A stretch of DNA of 64,000 bases from an uncultured Acidobacteriaceae bacterium. Lineage in GTDB: Bacteria > Acidobacteriota > Terriglobia > Terriglobales > Acidobacteriaceae. The first letter of the stretch is position 1, and each line of letters starts with the position of its first letter. Positions 35,713 to 46,705 of the stretch are shown piece by piece. The notes beneath the pieces were generated by a model. It was not told where the DNA came from. It worked only from the letters and a program-made list of their open reading frames with translations, and did no database searches. The position numbers and the translations under genes are program-made. The DNA is taken from assembly GCA_963758505.1 (NCBI GenBank), contig CAVWVJ010000002.1, forward strand, positions 3,237-67,236, in the 5' to 3' direction.

Positions 35713-38391
35713 GTGGAGACACGCATTATCCCCCCGTCGACCCGGCAAGTTGTGGTCATCGGCCTCTTCTTCTGCTTCTTCTTCCTGCTATTTGCGAGTG
35801 CCCAGGCCTTTGCGGCTCCATGCGCCTTGAACCCTGCCTCCCCTTCGGTAACCATCTGTACTCCGGCGAATGGGGCGACCGTGAGCTCGCCGGTGTCGGT
35901 CGTCGCCGGAACCACGGATAACGCACATCCAGTTACCGCGATGATCGTTTATCTGGACAACAAGAACGTCCTTAAGGTGAACGCCAGCCAGTTGAGCACA
36001 ACGCTGACGCTGACCGGCGGCCAGCACAACATTACGGTCAATGCGTGGGATTCCGGCGGCGGACCTGCCTTCAAGAGCACCGTGATCGTCACCGCCACCG
36101 GAAGCGGCACCGCTCCCGTCTCCGTCGCTGTCTCCCCTTCCTCGGTGACATTGGCGCCCGCGGGTGTGCAGCAGTTCACCGCCAAGGTGTTGAATACCAC
36201 CAACACCACGGTGTCTTGGACGGTGGACGGAATCGCCAACGGGAACTCCACCGTGGGCACGATTACGACCTCGGGCTCTTATACAGCCCCGGCCACGAAT
36301 GGAACCCACCAGGTGGTGGCGACCAGCCAGGCCGACCCGACCAAGAGCGATACCGCCGTCGTCACCGTAACCAGCACGAGCAGCGGTTGTACCGCGAAGT
36401 CTGCGCCGCCTTCCATCACCATCTGCAGCCCGACCCCAGGCTCAACCGTATCGAATCCCGTGCAACTATCCGCAGCCGGAGAGTCCAACACCACCATCAC
36501 AAAGTTCGAGATCTACGCGAACAACGCGTTGAAGTACGCGGTCGATGGCAGCAGCGTCAATACGTCATTGACTCTTTCGAGCGGCCATAACAATGTTGTC
36601 TTCCAGTTCTATTCCAACGGTGCGTGGACCAAAGCTTCGGACAGCATCACAGTAACGGCCGGCGTCAGCATCAGCGTGAATCCAACCTCGGCCTCGGTGG
36701 CTCCCGATGCGACCCAGCAATTCACCGCAACTGTCACCGGCAGCACCAACACCGCCGCGAGTTGGACGGTAGATGGCACGCCAGGCGGCAATTCCAGCAT
36801 CGGCACCATCGACGCAACCGGCCTCTATACCGCGCCCTCCGCTACCGGAACGCATACCGTAACGGCGACCAGCGCGGCCGACCCGACCAGGAGCGCGAAC
36901 GCCACCGTGAACGTGCAGAACCCGCCCCCGCCGGGCATCGTGCCGGTCACCACGTACCACAACGACATCTCCCGCACCGGAGCCAATACCAACGAAACGA
37001 TCCTGAATCCCTCGAATGTCAACCAGTCCACGTTCGGGAAGAAGTATTCCTTCGCGGTCGATGGGCAGATCTATGCGCAGCCCCTCTACCTTCCCAACCT
37101 GACCATTGGCGGCCAGCCGCACAATGTTGTTTTCGTTGCGACCGAGAACAACAGCCTCTATGCCTTTGACGCCGACAATCTCACTTCTTCAGCGCTGTGG
37201 CACGTCAACTTCGGCACCGCTCCCAGTTCAAGCGATTCCGAAGGGATCAGCCCGATCATCGGCGTCACCAGCACGCCTGTCATCGACACGGCAACCAGCA
37301 CGATCTATGTCCTCTCCGACACACTCGAGTCTTCGAAACGAATCTACCGGTTGCACGCGCTGGATATCGCAACCGGGACGGAAAAGTTCGGCGGCTCCAA
37401 GATTGTCACGGCAACCGTGAGCGGCACCGGCTACGGCAGCTCCGGCGGCAAGATCACCATGCAGTCCTCTTGCTACCAGCGCTCAGCACTCGCTCTGGAT
37501 GGCAACAACATCTATGTCGCCTTCGGACACTGCAACCACGGCTGGATGATCTCTTACGACAAGACCACCCTCGCCCAGGTCAACGTCCTCAACACCACCC
37601 CCGACGGCGGCGGCGGAGCCTTCTGGAATGGCGGCGGCGGTCCCGCAATCGATTCGTCAGGCAACCTCTTCATCATCTCGGCGACCGACCAGAACGACCC
37701 GGGCTCCGGCTACAACGACAGCTTCCTGAAACTGTCCAGTAGCCTCTCCATCACCGACTTCTTCATGCCCTCGAATGACGCCTTCCTGCGCGCCAACGAC
37801 GCCGACCTCGGCAGCGGAGACGACGTCATCATGCCCGACAACTCTTCCAGCACCCCGCACGAGGTCATCGGCGGCGGAAAAGACGGTCGCATCTTCGTCG
37901 TCAATCGGGACAACATGGGCATGTTCGTCTCCAATGCCAACCATGTCATCCAGACCGTCCAGACCGGCACCCAGCAGTTCGATAACATCTTCTCGACTCC
38001 CGGCTTCTGGGACGGCCACCTTTACATCCATTGCGAGCAGGATGTGCTGAAGTCCTTTAGCTGGTCGAGTACTACCGGCTTGTTGTCCACCACCTACAAC
38101 TCGAAGGGCGCTTATAAGTTCGGCGTGCACGGCGCAACGGTTTCCATCTCTTCGAATGGCAGCAGCGACGGCATCGTCTGGGAGATCGAGTCCACCGCCC
38201 AGCCCACCGGCGGACCTGCCATTCTCCGCGCCTACGACGCCACCAACGTAGCCACCGAGCTCTATGACAGTTCGCAGGCGGGTTCCCGCGATACCGCCGG
38301 CCCCGCGGTGAAGTTCACCGTCCCCACCGTCACCGATGGCAAGGTCTTCGTGGGCACCGGAACCGAGTTGGATGTGTACGGACTGCTCTAA
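35713..38391 (+). CDS. Large secreted protein: Ig-like (BIG2-type) repeats plus a C-terminal beta-propeller (PQQ-like) region
   Basis: Signal peptide. Duplicated ..V.P.S..(L/V)AP...QQFTA.V.....T..SWTVDG..GG....GTI...G.YTAP units. Then a long Gly/Asp-rich beta region ending in VTDGKVFVGTG. Confidence 0.75.
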   Translation: METRIIPPSTRQVVVIGLFFCFFFLLFASAQAFAAPCALNPASPSVTICTPANGATVSSPVSVVAGTTDNAHPVTAMIVYLDNKNVLKVNASQLSTTLTLTGGQHNITVNAWDSGGGPAFKSTVIVTATGSGTAPVSVAVSPSSVTLAPAGVQQFTAKVLNTTNTTVSWTVDGIANGNSTVGTITTSGSYTAPATNGTHQVVATSQADPTKSDTAVVTVTSTSSGCTAKSAPPSITICSPTPGSTVSNPVQLSAAGESNTTITKFEIYANNALKYAVDGSSVNTSLTLSSGHNNVVFQFYSNGAWTKASDSITVTAGVSISVNPTSASVAPDATQQFTATVTGSTNTAASWTVDGTPGGNSSIGTIDATGLYTAPSATGTHTVTATSAADPTRSANATVNVQNPPPPGIVPVTTYHNDISRTGANTNETILNPSNVNQSTFGKKYSFAVDGQIYAQPLYLPNLTIGGQPHNVVFVATENNSLYAFDADNLTSSALWHVNFGTAPSSSDSEGISPIIGVTSTPVIDTATSTIYVLSDTLESSKRIYRLHALDIATGTEKFGGSKIVTATVSGTGYGSSGGKITMQSSCYQRSALALDGNNIYVAFGHCNHGWMISYDKTTLAQVNVLNTTPDGGGGAFWNGGGGPAIDSSGNLFIISATDQNDPGSGYNDSFLKLSSSLSITDFFMPSNDAFLRANDADLGSGDDVIMPDNSSSTPHEVIGGGKDGRIFVVNRDNMGMFVSNANHVIQTVQTGTQQFDNIFSTPGFWDGHLYIHCEQDVLKSFSWSSTTGLLSTTYNSKGAYKFGVHGATVSISSNGSSDGIVWEIESTAQPTGGPAILRAYDATNVATELYDSSQAGSRDTAGPAVKFTVPTVTDGKVFVGTGTELDVYGLL

Positions 38392-38412
38392 CGGCAACGA
38401 CACCAGAGTACC

Positions 38413-38446
38413 TGCCCGGGTGACCTCCTTGCCCGGGCATTCTTAT
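38413..38446 (+). terminator. Probable intrinsic terminator
   Basis: TGCCCGGGtgacctccttgCCCGGGCA followed by ttcttat. Confidence 0.5.
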
Positions 38447-38778
38447 GCTCGGACGACAGCGGTATGCACTTTTAACAAGCTTACCCAGTGACTTGTCTGG
38501 AAGCCTGTGGTATGAATCTCAGATCAATTTCGTCCTTGCGCTCTGCTTGGACCTGGATCCCTGGTTTCTTTCGTCAATCGTTCCAAAGAAGTGGGTTTTA
38601 CAACGAGGAGATAGCAAGAGGATCGGCCGGATACCGCTCGCCACGATGCACGTGGTTTGTTTCTGGTCTCACCCGCTTGCCGGTGAAAACCGGGCTGCTC
38701 CTTCGGCAACTGCGCCGTAAAGTACATGCTCGCGTACCGTTGCAGCAACCAATGAATCCTGGGACAGAGAGGATTGCC

Positions 38779-40254
38779 ATGGCAAACACCGCAGAACTGA
38801 CACAAATGCCCCAAGCCGACTACAGCATCTGGCGCGTCATCATGGCCTCATCCGTGGGCACCATGATCGAGTGGTACGACTTCTACATTTTCGGCAGCCT
38901 CGCCGCCATCCTCGGCCCCAAGTTTTATCCTCCCGGCAACGACACCTTTGCTTACATCGCCTATCTCGCCACCTTCGCCGTCGGCTTCCTCGTTCGTCCC
39001 TTCGGCGCCCTGTTCTTCGGACGTATCGGCGACCTCGTCGGACGTAAGTATGCTTTTCTCGTCACCCTCTCCATCATGGGGTTCTCCACCTTCGTCATCG
39101 GCCTCTTGCCGTCGTTTGCCGCCGCAGGCTGGTTCGCGCCCATCGCCTTGCTGGTGATCCGCATCCTCCAGGGCCTGGCCCTCGGTGGCGAGTACGGCGG
39201 CGCTGCCGTCTACGTTGGCGAGCACGTTCCCGACAACAAACGCGGCTTTTACACCAGCTTCATCCAGATCACCGCGACCCTCGGCCTGTTCGTTTCCTTG
39301 ATCGTGATCCTCGTAACCCAAGCCTCCATGTCGAAGGAAGACTTCTCGGCCTACGGCTGGCGCATCCCCTTCCTCATCTCCATCGTCCTCGTCGCGATCT
39401 CGCTCTACATCCGCATGAAGATGAAGGAATCGCCCATCTTCACCCAGCTCAAGAGCGCGGGCATGACTTCCACCCAGCCTTTAAAAGATGCCTTCACCAA
39501 GTGGCCCAACCTGAAGAACGTTCTCATCTCGCTCTTCGGAGCCACTGCCGGCCAGGGCGTCATCTGGTACACCGGACAGTTCTATGCCCTGTTCTACCTC
39601 CAGACCATCCTCAAGGTGAACGTGAAGACCGCGAACATCATCGTGGCTATCGCCTTGCTCCTCGCGATGCCCTTCTTCACCGTCGCCGGCGCTCTCTCCG
39701 ATCGCATCGGCCGCAAGAAGTTGATGATGTCCGCTTGCCTCCTGGCGGTGCTCACCTATATCCCCATCTACAAAGGCATGCAATCGGCCGTGGGTAACAA
39801 CGTCGTCACCGTAAAATCCACGCGCAACAAGATCACCGGCGCTATCGCGCTCACCGCACTCACCAAGGACGCGACCGGCGCGCTCGTCCCCGCCAAGGAA
39901 GCTCCGGCACCGAATATTCCCATGCTGGTGGCGCTCGTCTTCGTGCAGGTTCTCTATGTCTGCCTGATCTACGGTCCGATTGCCGCTTACCTGATTGAGG
40001 CCTTCCCCGCCAAGGTGCGGTATACCTCGCTTTCGTTGCCGTATCACATAGGCAACGGCGTTTTCGGAGGACTCCTGCCGCTCATTGGCTTGTCCTCCGT
40101 GGCAGAGACCGGCAACATCTACGCCGGGCTCTATTACCCGATGATCGTCGCCGCCGTTACCCTCGTGATCGGCAGCATTTTCCTGAAGGAAACCCACGGC
40201 AACCGTATCTGGGCGGAAGCAAGCGTCGGAAAGCTGGCTACCGAGGAAACCTAA
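38779..40254 (+). CDS. MFS metabolite:H+ symporter (ProP/KgtP-like)
   Basis: IEWYDFYIFGSLA, GRIGDLVGRK and 12 TM-like segments. Start at MANTAEL after a 386-nt leader. Confidence 0.85.
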   Translation: MANTAELTQMPQADYSIWRVIMASSVGTMIEWYDFYIFGSLAAILGPKFYPPGNDTFAYIAYLATFAVGFLVRPFGALFFGRIGDLVGRKYAFLVTLSIMGFSTFVIGLLPSFAAAGWFAPIALLVIRILQGLALGGEYGGAAVYVGEHVPDNKRGFYTSFIQITATLGLFVSLIVILVTQASMSKEDFSAYGWRIPFLISIVLVAISLYIRMKMKESPIFTQLKSAGMTSTQPLKDAFTKWPNLKNVLISLFGATAGQGVIWYTGQFYALFYLQTILKVNVKTANIIVAIALLLAMPFFTVAGALSDRIGRKKLMMSACLLAVLTYIPIYKGMQSAVGNNVVTVKSTRNKITGAIALTALTKDATGALVPAKEAPAPNIPMLVALVFVQVLYVCLIYGPIAAYLIEAFPAKVRYTSLSLPYHIGNGVFGGLLPLIGLSSVAETGNIYAGLYYPMIVAAVTLVIGSIFLKETHGNRIWAEASVGKLATEET

Positions 40255-40273
40255 TCCCCTGGAACGCTTCCCT

Positions 40274-40327
40274 ACCGGGCCCGTTCGCTGCTCATCATGA
40301 GCCACGCGCGGGCCCGGTTTTTGTTTG
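40274..40327 (+). terminator. Intrinsic terminator
   Basis: ACCGGGCCC...GGGCCCGGT stem followed by TTTTTGTTTG. Confidence 0.65.
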
Positions 40328-40517
40328 CTCGCTTTGTCTTCCCTTGTACGAAGCCCTGTGATCGAGGTCACAGATTTATTCCCATCGATCCACCAGAATC
40401 CCTCCCCACCTGCTGAGTGGGGCATGGGGATGGATCGCGCCTTCTTCTGGATCCTTCATTCCTTGCTGAACATCGGCATTCACGGTGCGTGTGGTTTTGA
40501 TTCAAGGAGAGTACCGG

Positions 40518-40904
40518 ATGGCATCTTCGACCGCCTCGCAAGCTGATACTGCGCGGACCAATGGCAAGACTCAATGGGACCGCGTCGCCGAGATGGACGA
40601 ATTCCGATTGCTGCTGCTGGCAAAAATCGGTTTCGTTGTCCCCGCAACCATTTTTTTCGTCGTGTATTACTTTGCTCTACCCATCCTGGTGGGCTACGCG
40701 CCGGCCTTCATGAGCAGGAAAGTATGGGGACAGGTCAACCTCGCCTACCTCTTCGCGCTCTCTCAATTTTTCATGGCCTGGGCCATCGCTGCCCTCTACG
40801 TGAATGCCGCGCAGAAGTTCGACATGTACGGACGCCACATCATGGAACACCTGCGGCGCGAAGGCTGGTTCCACCCCAATGAAAACGGAGGCGAACAGAA
40901 ATGA
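40518..40904 (+). CDS. DUF485 (YjcH-like) inner-membrane protein
   Basis: Two TM helices with F.....Y......L..Y...FM....G..N.A.......F..W.....Y. Overlaps the start of the following SSS symporter by 4 nt, as in yjcH-actP. Confidence 0.8.
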   Translation: MASSTASQADTARTNGKTQWDRVAEMDEFRLLLLAKIGFVVPATIFFVVYYFALPILVGYAPAFMSRKVWGQVNLAYLFALSQFFMAWAIAALYVNAAQKFDMYGRHIMEHLRREGWFHPNENGGEQK

Positions 40905-42511
40905 ACGCCACCCTGATGCTGTTTCTCGGATTCATCGTGATTACCCTCGGCATTACTGCGTGGGCCTCGCGCCGCTCCGGTTCGTCCGCTTCGTACTTCG
41001 CCGCCAACCGTCAAATCACCGCCTGGCAGAACGGCGTCGCCGTCGCCGGCGACTACATGAGCGCCGCCTCCTTCCTCGGAATCGCGGGCCTCATCGCCTT
41101 CTTCGGCTACGACGGCTTCATGTATTCCGTCGGCTGGCTGGTCGCTTATCTCACCGTGCTGCTCATCGTCGCCGAACCCCTGCGCAACGCCGGCAAATAC
41201 ACCATGGCCGACGTGCTCGCTTACCGGCTCAGTCCGAAACCGGTCCGGGCCATGGCCTCGCTCAGTACCCTCACCGTCAGCACTTTCTACATGATCGCGC
41301 AGATGGTCGGCGCCGGCGCGCTCGTGGCCCTGCTGCTCAAAGGCAGCAACATCAGCTACCACACCGCCGTCATCGGTGTCGGCATATTGATGATCGTCTA
41401 TGTCGTCTTCGGCGGCATGATCGCCACCACCTGGGTCCAGATCGTTAAGGCCATTTTGCTCATCTGCGGGACCATCCTGCTCAGCACCCTCGTGCTCGCT
41501 CACTTCCACTTCAGCTTTGCAGAATTCTTTAATGCGGTCTCGCAGGTGAAGTATCACGACGCCGCCGGCAAAGAAGTCGTCAAGGATTTCCTCACTCCCG
41601 GCTTGCGCTTCAAGCCGCCTTATGGAGCGCTCGACCTGATCTCGCTCGGCATGGCGCTCATTCTCGGCACCGCCGGCTTGCCCCACATCCTCGTCCGCTT
41701 CTACACCGTGCCCGATGCCAAAACCGCCCGCAATAGCGTCGTATGGGCGATGGTCCTCATCGGCGTCTTCTATATCATGACGACCTTCCTCGGCTTCGGC
41801 GCCGCCACCATCGTCGGCCGCGACTTCATTGCCAAGAATGGCGGGAACAACATGAGCGCCCCGCTGCTCGCCCAGGCCCTCGGCGGCAACGTCTTCTTCG
41901 CCTTCATCTCCGCGATCGCCTTTGCCACGATTCTCGCAGTCGTCGCCGGGCTCACCATCAGCGCTTCCACCTCGTTCGCGCACGATGTCTGGACCAACGT
42001 CATTCATAACGGCGTGGAACGCAAAGCCGGCGAAGAACGCACCGTCGCCCGTATCACCGCCTTCGTCGTCGGCGCCATCGCCATGGCCATCGCCATCGTC
42101 CTCGGACCCAAGGCAAACGTCGCCTTCCTGGTGGCGCTCGCCTTCGCCGTCGCCGCCTCGGCCAACCTCCCGGTGATCGTCTTCTCGATTTTCTGGAAGC
42201 GCTTCAATACCACCGGCGCGGTGATGGGACTCGCCTTCGGACTGCTCGGTTCGATCGCGCTGATCTTTATCGGTCCCAGCATCATGGGCATCGATCCGCC
42301 CACCGTAGTCGGAGCGGCACGCCATGCCATCCAACGAGCGCCCATCTTCCCGCTGGAGAACCCGGGGATCCTCAGCATCCCGATCGGGTTCATCGGCGCT
42401 GTTCTCGGAACTTTCCTCGGCAAGGAAGATCACCAGGCTGAAGAAAAATTCCTCGAACTGCAGGTCCGCGCCAATACCGGTCTAGGCGCGGAAAAAGCTA
42501 CCGCGCACTAA
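40901..42511 (+). CDS. actP: Cation/acetate symporter (solute:sodium symporter family)
   Basis: 536 aa, ~13 TM helices, SSS-family motifs ([22 protein letters not shown]). Preceded by a yjcH-like gene. Confidence 0.8.
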   Translation: MNATLMLFLGFIVITLGITAWASRRSGSSASYFAANRQITAWQNGVAVAGDYMSAASFLGIAGLIAFFGYDGFMYSVGWLVAYLTVLLIVAEPLRNAGKYTMADVLAYRLSPKPVRAMASLSTLTVSTFYMIAQMVGAGALVALLLKGSNISYHTAVIGVGILMIVYVVFGGMIATTWVQIVKAILLICGTILLSTLVLAHFHFSFAEFFNAVSQVKYHDAAGKEVVKDFLTPGLRFKPPYGALDLISLGMALILGTAGLPHILVRFYTVPDAKTARNSVVWAMVLIGVFYIMTTFLGFGAATIVGRDFIAKNGGNNMSAPLLAQALGGNVFFAFISAIAFATILAVVAGLTISASTSFAHDVWTNVIHNGVERKAGEERTVARITAFVVGAIAMAIAIVLGPKANVAFLVALAFAVAASANLPVIVFSIFWKRFNTTGAVMGLAFGLLGSIALIFIGPSIMGIDPPTVVGAARHAIQRAPIFPLENPGILSIPIGFIGAVLGTFLGKEDHQAEEKFLELQVRANTGLGAEKATAH

Positions 42512-42565
42512 AACTGTGAGACCCCACCCTCGTGGCTCTCGCCGCAGGGTGGGCACTTCTCGCAA

Positions 42566-44257
42566 TTATTCCTTCGGCGGTGCTTCCGGCTCCGCTGCGC
42601 CATCGGCACGCGGGTCCGAAGCACCGTAGTGAATCTGGGTAGCTGCATCGTCCAGCACCGCTTGCCCCCTTCCCATGGCGGTCGAATATTGCTGCTTTAC
42701 ATCGAGCACATGTCCCATTCCGACGAGTTGCTGCAGGCTTTCGGCAGGAACGCGCGACTCGATCACGATGTTGCAGCCAAGCTTCCCGCTTACCGTGAAC
42801 CGCGCTTCCTCGAGCGCCGCCTGGATGTTCATGTGATAGTCAACAATGTTCGAAACAAATTGCGCATGCGCGAGAGGCTGATTCATGCCGCCCATGATCC
42901 CGAAGCCGATGTGGTCGGTGCCATGTTCCATGAATCCCGGAATGATGGTGTGAAACGGCCGCTTCCTCCCGGCCAGCGCGTTCGGAGACTTCGGATCCAT
43001 TGAAAACAGCCCTCCCCGGTCCTGCAGCACAAAGCCCTTGCCTCGCACCGTGATCCCGGAGCCAAACGCCTCGTAGTTGCTTTGGATAAGCGACAGAATA
43101 TTGCCCTCCCGGTCGATCACGGTGAGATAGGTCGTATCGCTGCCGGAGAGTGCGCCCGGAGCCACGGTGCAATTTGCCTTCTTAGGATCGATAAGCTTGG
43201 CGCGTTTCGCGGCAAAACCCTTCGATAGCAATTCGCCCACCGGAATCGAACTGAAACGCGGGTCGCCGTCATAGGCCTTGATATCCGCATACGCGAGCTT
43301 CATCGCCTCGATCCGCGTATGCAGTTCGGCGGCACTCGTCGGCCCACCCGGCGCCGGCTCCGATTGCTCCATGATGTTCAGCATCTCCAGCGCCGCCGTG
43401 CCGTCACCATTGGGCGGCAGCTCGTACACCTTCCAGCCGCGATAGGTCGTCGAGACCGGCTCTACCCACTCCGCCGAAAATTCGCTCAGATCTTCGGCTG
43501 TCATCGTTCCGCCCAACTCGGCGGAAGTCTTCAGGATCGCTTGCGCAATCGCACCTTTGTAAAACGCATCTCGCCCCTGGTTCGCGACCACCGTGAGCGT
43601 CTCCGCCAGCTCCGGATTGCGAAACACTTGTCCCAGCGCCGGCGCTTTGCCGTTGGGCAAATAGACGCGTTGGCTCTCCGCATCCGCCGCCAGCCACGGA
43701 ACCGCCGCCTCCCAATAGCCGTGAATCATCTCCGGCACGGGATATCCGTTGCGGGCATAGCCAATTGCAGATGTGAAAAGTTGCGCCCACGGAAGCTTGC
43801 CGAAGCGGTTGTGCAGCTTCGACCATCCCTCCACCGCCCCCGGCACGGTGACGGAATCGATGCCCGCTTGCGGCATCTTCGTGATCTCCTTGGATTGCAG
43901 ATGCTCGATCGTCAGCCCTCGCGGCGCCCAACCGCTGGCATTGAGCCCATAGAGCTTTCCGGTCTTCGCCTCCCAATAAATCGCGAACAGGTCCCCGCCC
44001 ATCCCGTTCATCATCGGTTCAGCCACGCCCAGCACTGCATTCGCGGCAATCCCCGCATCCACCGCCGACCCTCCCTGCGCCAGCACTCGCGCACCCGCCT
44101 GCGATGCCTGCACGTAGCTCGTCGCCACGATGCCGTATTGCGTCACCACCATGGACCGCCCGTACGCCCGGCCCGGATGGTCATCGCCCAAAGCGCTGCT
44201 CATCCCAAGGGTGAGCACGAAACAGAAAATCGCTGCCTTCATCGAACGAGCATGCAT
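42566..44257 (-). CDS. ggt: Gamma-glutamyltransferase
   Basis: Signal peptide. Autoprocessing and nucleophile region GSDTTYLTVIDREGN, and the C-terminal GGMNQP..H motif. Confidence 0.85.
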   Translation of the reverse strand: MHARSMKAAIFCFVLTLGMSSALGDDHPGRAYGRSMVVTQYGIVATSYVQASQAGARVLAQGGSAVDAGIAANAVLGVAEPMMNGMGGDLFAIYWEAKTGKLYGLNASGWAPRGLTIEHLQSKEITKMPQAGIDSVTVPGAVEGWSKLHNRFGKLPWAQLFTSAIGYARNGYPVPEMIHGYWEAAVPWLAADAESQRVYLPNGKAPALGQVFRNPELAETLTVVANQGRDAFYKGAIAQAILKTSAELGGTMTAEDLSEFSAEWVEPVSTTYRGWKVYELPPNGDGTAALEMLNIMEQSEPAPGGPTSAAELHTRIEAMKLAYADIKAYDGDPRFSSIPVGELLSKGFAAKRAKLIDPKKANCTVAPGALSGSDTTYLTVIDREGNILSLIQSNYEAFGSGITVRGKGFVLQDRGGLFSMDPKSPNALAGRKRPFHTIIPGFMEHGTDHIGFGIMGGMNQPLAHAQFVSNIVDYHMNIQAALEEARFTVSGKLGCNIVIESRVPAESLQQLVGMGHVLDVKQQYSTAMGRGQAVLDDAATQIHYGASDPRADGAAEPEAPPKE

Positions 44258-44448
44258 CACTGGCGCTCCTTGAGAACAAGTGCAGAAACAGCTCCGCATC
44301 ATACGCGATCCAACCGCGGGTGCCCTGCCCCTGCGGCTTCCGCCGCAGGATGGGCCCCATTTCGCTTCGGCCCGTTAAACACGAGTGGCTCAAACGAAAA
44401 ATTCCGGCTACAATCCCGTCGATCGCGAACCCGCGTCGGGAGCGGTGC

Positions 44449-44679
44449 ATGTTCCTTCTAAGAAGGTTTTTTGCCGGATGTTTCGCAGGGATCGTCTTTG
44501 CCGTTCTCGCGACCCTGGCTTATCTGATTTATGTGACCGTGGAGGCGAGATCCCTTCCCCCTGGCCAGACCATCGGAATAGACATGGACGGGCTGGTTCG
44601 CCACTCCCTCTTCCCGTGGCTGGCCTCGATCTGCTTCGCCATCGGCTTCATCTGGGAATTTCGCCGGGCCGCGCGCTAA
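44449..44679 (+). CDS. Hypothetical small two-TM protein
   Basis: 76 aa with two hydrophobic helices. No SD evaluated. Weak call. Confidence 0.35.
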   Translation: MFLLRRFFAGCFAGIVFAVLATLAYLIYVTVEARSLPPGQTIGIDMDGLVRHSLFPWLASICFAIGFIWEFRRAAR

Positions 44680-44702
44680 ACGAAACCGCCAAGCGGAAAT
44701 AA

Positions 44703-44935
44703 ACCGCCCCGCGGTCAGCCCCACAACTCGCTCCGTTCCACATCTCTCTCCTGTTGTCATCCAGAGGAGGGCGTCTGCCCGACGTAAGGATCTGCTGTTT
44801 CACCGCCCGCAGCAGAATTTCGTGAAGCCACGAATTCGCTCGGGAACGATAGTTTGTATCAGGCCACGACTTCAGTCGTGCCGCTCGTCGGCCCTGGAAA
44901 CAGGGCTTCAGCCCCTGCAAACCGCCCCGCGGTCA
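44703..44935. repeat. Composite intergenic repeat (all three modules)
   Basis: ccgccccgcggtcagccccacaactc.., ttgtcatccagaggag.., gtttgtatcaggccacgacttcagtcgtgcc, gggcttcagcccctgcaaa. Confidence 0.85.
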
Positions 44936-44944
44936 ACGCCGCGC

Positions 44945-45652
44945 TTACAACGACCGCACCATTCCACCATCCACCAGCAGATTCTGTCCCGTTATATATG
45001 ACGCCTCGTCCGACGCCAACCACGCCACTATGTTCGCCAACTCCGCCACCCTTCCGATTCGTTGCATCGGGATGGTCGCAAGCACCTCTGCCGGCACCTC
45101 GTAACTGTCCACGAATCCCGGCATCACCGCGTTTACCCGGATCCCTTTCGGCGCGCAATACTCCGCGTGCAGCTTCGTCCACGCTCCCAGCGCCGCCCGC
45201 ATGACGCTTGACACCGGCCGCGCTAACTCCGGCCGCACCGCCGCATAGCTGGAAATGGTCACAAAGGCTCCCGCGCGTTGCCGCTCCATAATCGGCGTCA
45301 CCAGCCGCGCCATTCGCATCGCGCTCTCGAGGATCAGCGCGTACCCGTCACGCCAGGCCTCTTCGCTTATCTCGAGAAGACCGCCTTTCGCAGGATGGCC
45401 CGTGTTGTTGACCGCCACGTCAATCCGTCCCCACGTATCCATCGCGACAGACACCAATCGCTCCACGCTCGCCGCTTCTGTGATCGAGCCCGTCACCGCA
45501 ATGCCGCCCAACTCCTCGGCCAATGCGTGAACCCCCTCGGAACGCGCCAGCAGCGCCACGCGACATCCGCGACCGGCAAACTCGCGCGCAATGCCGGCCC
45601 CAATCCCTCTACTGGCGGCCGTAACCAAAACAACTTTTTCCTTTGCGTTCAC
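44945..45652 (-). CDS. SDR-family oxidoreductase
   Basis: TAASRGIGAG cofactor motif, NNTG, and a catalytic Y...K-like region (SSYAAVRPE). Confidence 0.8.
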   Translation of the reverse strand: MNAKEKVVLVTAASRGIGAGIAREFAGRGCRVALLARSEGVHALAEELGGIAVTGSITEAASVERLVSVAMDTWGRIDVAVNNTGHPAKGGLLEISEEAWRDGYALILESAMRMARLVTPIMERQRAGAFVTISSYAAVRPELARPVSSVMRAALGAWTKLHAEYCAPKGIRVNAVMPGFVDSYEVPAEVLATIPMQRIGRVAELANIVAWLASDEASYITGQNLLVDGGMVRSL

Positions 45653-45668
45653 CTGGATTCCTCAAGCA

Positions 45669-46550
45669 TCACTTTAATGGTTCAGCCCAGCACTCCCAGA
45701 GCTCGTGTGCGATTCCCGCTATTACCGAATTGCGGGTCGCGACATCCGTCTTCGCGTCGCTCACAAAGATCGCAATCGCCATCGTCCGGCCATCGGGAAA
45801 TGTCACCAGGCCAACATCGTTCGTCGCCGGCGTCAGCCCTTCATAGGTCGCCGAACTTCCGGTCTTATCGGCGACGACCGTTCCCGCCGGAAGCTTCGCC
45901 CGGATTCTTTCCCGCCCTGTATCGGTCTCTCTCATCCAGCCCAGCAGCAGCGCGGTGTGCGATGGGTTCAGTAGTTCGCCTTTCTCCAATCGTTCAAGAA
46001 GATCAACGATTCCATCCGGCTTGGCGCTGTCTTGATATTGCGCCTGCGTGTCGTCGATGAGCTGCGCCTCGGTGTGCACTACGTGGATCGCCTTCAGATC
46101 TACATCCTTCATGAACCGCCGAACCCCGCGCGCTCCGCCCAGCAATCGCAGCAGCACATCGGACGCCGACCCATCGCTGTCCACGATCGCTCTGCGCAGT
46201 AAGTCTTCAAGGGTGAACTCGCCTCCCTTGCGGTACTTGTCGCGCAGGGGACTGTGACCTGCCGGAGGAATCAAATCGCCTTCCTCCACCGTCACACTCT
46301 GGTCGAGCTGCAGCTTCCCCTCTTCCACCCGATGCAGCACCGCAAGCGCGATCGGAAGCTTGTAAACGCTTTGCATGGGAAAATGCCGGTTGCCGTGGAA
46401 CTGGAACGACTGCGGCGAATCGAGCACTGCCGCGCTCACGCCCACCTTGCCCTTTACCGTGCGCGCCGCGCTCTTCACATCGGATGTCAGCGTCTTCGGC
46501 GAGCAGCTTGCCGCCGTCGCCATCCAGAGAACAATTGCGGGAACCAGCAT
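45669..46550 (-). CDS. Class A beta-lactamase-like serine hydrolase
   Basis: S-x-x-K (QSVYK), an SDG(S) loop in the SDN position, and a KTG motif (DKTGSS). N-terminal lipoprotein-like signal. Confidence 0.7.
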   Translation of the reverse strand: MLVPAIVLWMATAASCSPKTLTSDVKSAARTVKGKVGVSAAVLDSPQSFQFHGNRHFPMQSVYKLPIALAVLHRVEEGKLQLDQSVTVEEGDLIPPAGHSPLRDKYRKGGEFTLEDLLRRAIVDSDGSASDVLLRLLGGARGVRRFMKDVDLKAIHVVHTEAQLIDDTQAQYQDSAKPDGIVDLLERLEKGELLNPSHTALLLGWMRETDTGRERIRAKLPAGTVVADKTGSSATYEGLTPATNDVGLVTFPDGRTMAIAIFVSDAKTDVATRNSVIAGIAHELWECWAEPLK

Positions 46551-46705
46551 GGCAGCCGAGTATAACGGAATACCTCAACCTCGAATTGGCCGTGCCCTCT
46601 CGGGCAAAAAACCTTCTAAGGCTTCATTTACTCGTGTTTACGCAGTCCTGGGCGATCCCGCGCCGCGTCCCTGCCATCAGATAGGTACTTTCAGGAGAAC
46701 AATCA

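Noticed and set aside
40796-42433. 545-aa minus-strand ORF antisense to actP (also 3300..4322, 5898..7007, 19706..21025, 21114..22322, 27596..28858, 43319..44461, 51196..52236, 53122..54486, 57837..59009, 62928..63968)
   Set aside because: These are shadow ORFs typical of GC-rich genomes. They have biased Arg/Gly/Asp/His composition and no motifs, and each lies opposite a gene with clear family signatures.
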